A DNA stretch of 64,000 nt, from assembly GCF_964188315.1 (NCBI RefSeq), contig NC_135666.1, forward strand, positions 37,200,001 through 37,264,000. Direction: 5' to 3'. Shown here piece after piece: positions 60,879-64,000 of this stretch. Under the pieces are notes generated by a model. The model saw only the letters and a list, made by a program, of their open reading frames with translations. It searched no databases and was not told the origin of the DNA. Both the position numbers and the translations under genes were made by a program. Position 1 is the first letter of the stretch. Every line of letters begins with the position of its first letter. This DNA comes from Podarcis muralis. Lineage: Eukaryota.

Positions 60879-62284
60879 TTCTAGAAGATTCTCTTCTTTC
60901 ACCCAAAATATCCCACCATTTACACAAATGACCTCAACTCTGATATGGGCACTGTTAAGGAAGTGGAAGCAACTGACAAACAATGTGTGGCCCGCACAGC
61001 AATTGTATGTTATTTGAGCAGCCTTGTACCTGGCGTTCCTCAGGAATTCTAAGAAACACCTCCCCCAAAAATGGCACCCAATAGTAACCAAACACAGATG
61101 AAAACCTGCTCCTTGCTCTCAGGAGCCATTGTGCGAAATTTAGTTACATTATCTGAAGAAGTGTCCAAAAGCATAGCAAACAGACAACTTTCCAAGATAT
61201 ATAGTACATACATACACATATAGACACACAGAGACAGAGAGTTTTACTATTTTCACATGAATACAAGCAACAAGTAGAAGATTAAGAAAAATGTTAAAAG
61301 ACTAGCAAGGTTTAATTCTGTGACTTGGAGAAACGTAAGGTGCCCATAAAATGTGTGTTCCATCTCCTTTTAACATGACTCCTATATAAGGGAGTTTCAG
61401 TCTTGCTGATGACTTATGGGTTTTTACATAGCTCTACCAGACAGATGTTCATGCTTAAGGCCTGGCTGTAAGACGGAAAGAGGGGAAACAGCTGGAATGA
61501 GCAGCAAGCACCAGCAAGCCAAGTGACAAAATAGAATGCTGAAATCCTGAGGCAAACCGCAAGCAAGAGGAAAACACCATCTGAAGGATTGTTTGAGGGT
61601 GCCTGCTATTCTAGAAATTTATCTCTTCCCCTCGTCCATCCAAGTTACACAAGCATTCACACCTGCCTCCTCCTCTCCTAATAAAACCGGCCATTAGAAA
61701 TGCCGAAGCCGGAACATCTATGTTTCCCCCTTCTGGTTCGCTGTTTCCATATGGCGATAAGGATATGAAACAGAACCCAGCACATGAAACCATGTCCAAA
61801 GCCTTCATGAAAAACAAACAGTTTACACGTTGGAAGAACTTGCTCAAGTTAGTATCAAGAGAAATGTGCAGAATGAATGCTGGACGCTGAATATCCCGGC
61901 TACATTTAACAACATTACGTGTGCCAAGAGCATGGAAAAGATGAGCATCCTTTTCAGCTCCTGGGAGATTGCTAAATGCTGCATATATTTTTATATCCCC
62001 CCCCCCTCTCCCTTGTGCAAGCAGAAGGAACAAAAAATATTTGTTTAATATGCACAGATACTCAGGATCCCCATTCTGAGCAAAGTATGAACTTCGTACT
62101 AATTGCAAGCAGGTTTTTTATATTCTTCAGTACACTAGTTTTTGGTACATAACTATATTTAAGTACCAAATAAGAATATTGCTAAGGTTTCAAAGCCATC
62201 AATTATTAACTGGGATTCCCCAAGTCCTACTGTTGTGCCGATGTTTGCCATCCTGATGCACCTGAAACTTTCTCAATCTTCTAA

Positions 62285-62450
62285 TAAGGATCAGAAGTGA
62301 AGTCACCTGTTGGTCCTAGTCCAACATCCTGTTCCCACAGTGGCTAACCACATGCCTATGGGGTGCCCCAAAGCAGGACCTGACTGCAGCAGCCCTCTGG
62401 CCAGTTGTGACTCCCAGCAAATAGCCATCCAGGTTAGTGGCCATTGCAAC
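62285..62450 (-). mobile_element. Old CR1-type 3' UTR fragment
   Basis: ctagtccaacatcctgttcccacagtggctaacca.atgcctatgggg. Confidence 0.55.
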
Positions 62451-62536
62451 ATCAACTGGAAGCAAATTGCCACGACCTTATAATCATATCTCAGCAGAAA
62501 AATAGAGTTGGAAGGGACCCCATGGATCATCTAGTT

Positions 62537-62859
62537 CAGGGGTCAGCAACCTTTTTCAGCCATGGGCCGGTCCACCATCTCTCAGAACATGTGGGGGGGC
62601 CAGACTATATTTTGGGGAAAAAATATGAACGAATTTCTATGCCCCACAAATAACCCAGAGATGCGTTTTAAATAAAAGCACACATTCTACTCATGTAAAA
62701 ACACAAGGCAGGTCCCACAAATAACCCACAGGTGCATTTTAAAGAAAAGGACACATTCTACTCATGTAAAAACACACTGATTCCCGGACCGTCCGCGGGC
62801 CGGATTGAGAAGGCAATTGAGCCGGATCCAGCCCCCGGGCCTTAGTTTGCCTACCCCTG
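62537..62859 (+). mobile_element. 323-bp hAT (OC1/OposCharlie1-like) MITE inserted in a CR1 3' tip
   Basis: TIR caggggtcagcaac / gtttgcctacccctg; TSD atctagtt/atctagtc; host CR1 tip spans ~62500-62885. Confidence 0.9.
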
Positions 62860-64000
62860 ATCTAGTCCAACTCCCTGCAATGCATGCATATGCACCCACA
62901 TGGCGATCAAACCAATGACATTGGTGTCAAAAATAAAATTAAAAAATGAATGAAAAATGCAAACATGGTTGAGCAGGAATTCAATCCTGAAAGCACCACA
63001 TATTACACACTATTCACTATTTAGACTGCTCAGAAGTAAGTCTACTGATTTCAGTGGGACTACGGTAACTCCCAGCTAAGTAGGATGGCAGCCTTAACCA
63101 CGTATAACTTTCCCTGAATATGTGCCCACTAAACAGAACCATTTAATATCCATTTCAGTGGTTGGTAGTCAGGTATTCTTTTCCTCAATGTCAGAACTTC
63201 TTACGCAAAAGTTGGCACTTGAATTTGCTGGCTTTTGTCTTCTTTCCACACCTCTTCTTTCCTTTTTGTTTCATGTGCATGAAACTATAAGCTGTTGTTT
63301 GAATTTGAAAACTGCCGTAAGTGCATTGGAAGACAATATATAAATATGAGTAAAGGAAGGAAGAACAAGCAGTGTGAGAAGTCCTTGCTTCCCAGATCCC
63401 CAAAGGACCTCAGAAGAGACCTGATAAGCACTTTTCCCTTTGTCAATCAAGAAAAAAATCTGGCTGACTAAGCGGTTTTTGTGCTTTCCCCCTTACCACC
63501 TCTGCAAGATGCCATAAGGCAGAGAATCCTGGGTTAAAAGGACAGAATTCCATTTTTATGAATGGAAACTGAGGGGGGGGGGCAGAGTTACCTAACTCAA
63601 AATAGGCGTACAACTGTAAAGTCCTCCCTTCTTTTCACACAACAGACAAAGGCCAAACAGGTTTTCTATAAGTGGCAACATATACATTATCAAAATAAAA
63701 TATTCCCCAAGGCTCGATTACTGCACGTTCAGAGTTAAGCAAAGAGGGGTTTTTTTACTGAGTGAACTAAAGCAAAGTCATCATTCTCGAGGCAAAGGAG
63801 GGAAATTCTAGCAAGATGCAGAGCCCTTGAAACTAGCACTAAAATTAGCAGATACTAAAGGCATGATTAGATGACCACTTACAAGACAGCAGTTTCGTTG
63901 TACTGAATAGGAGAATACCACTATATATTGCAATATGCAATATGACCCTTCAGAGTCATTTATGCTATAATTTGCTGCTCCATATCGCCGTACATTTTAT

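Noticed and set aside
55000-64000. SKAP2 exon 4 or earlier
   Set aside because: No matching acidic DDPF/SLASERY-type coding segment found; the upstream exons lie beyond the window.

Overview
Vertebrate (squamate, most likely lacertid lizard) genomic DNA, with three short N-gaps. The window holds the 3' two-thirds of SKAP2 on the minus strand. Eight coding exons (equivalent to human exons 5-12, numbering from memory) splice in frame into the PH domain, acidic linker and SH3 domain, followed by a tiny 3'-UTR intron and a cluster of poly(A) signals. The introns are dense with squamate transposons: Sauria SINEs, MIR-derived SINEs, L2 and CR1 3' fragments, and hAT, Tigger/pogo and Tc2 MITEs. The standout is 40196-45294 in intron 7. 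Four near-identical 5'-truncated Penelope-like (GIY-YIG) retroelement ends are arranged -,+,-,+ inside an (AT)n tract. They form a ~5.07 kb palindrome built from two smaller palindromes. Equivalently, they are a 2559-bp tandem repeat whose 205-bp central spacer is flipped in the second unit. Each copy carries a minimal hammerhead-ribozyme motif, and two of these lie in the sense of the SKAP2 pre-mRNA. The structure is either a record of fold-back or flip-flop PLE replication, or an assembly artefact; long reads would decide. All family assignments are from recognition of sequence, not from database searches.
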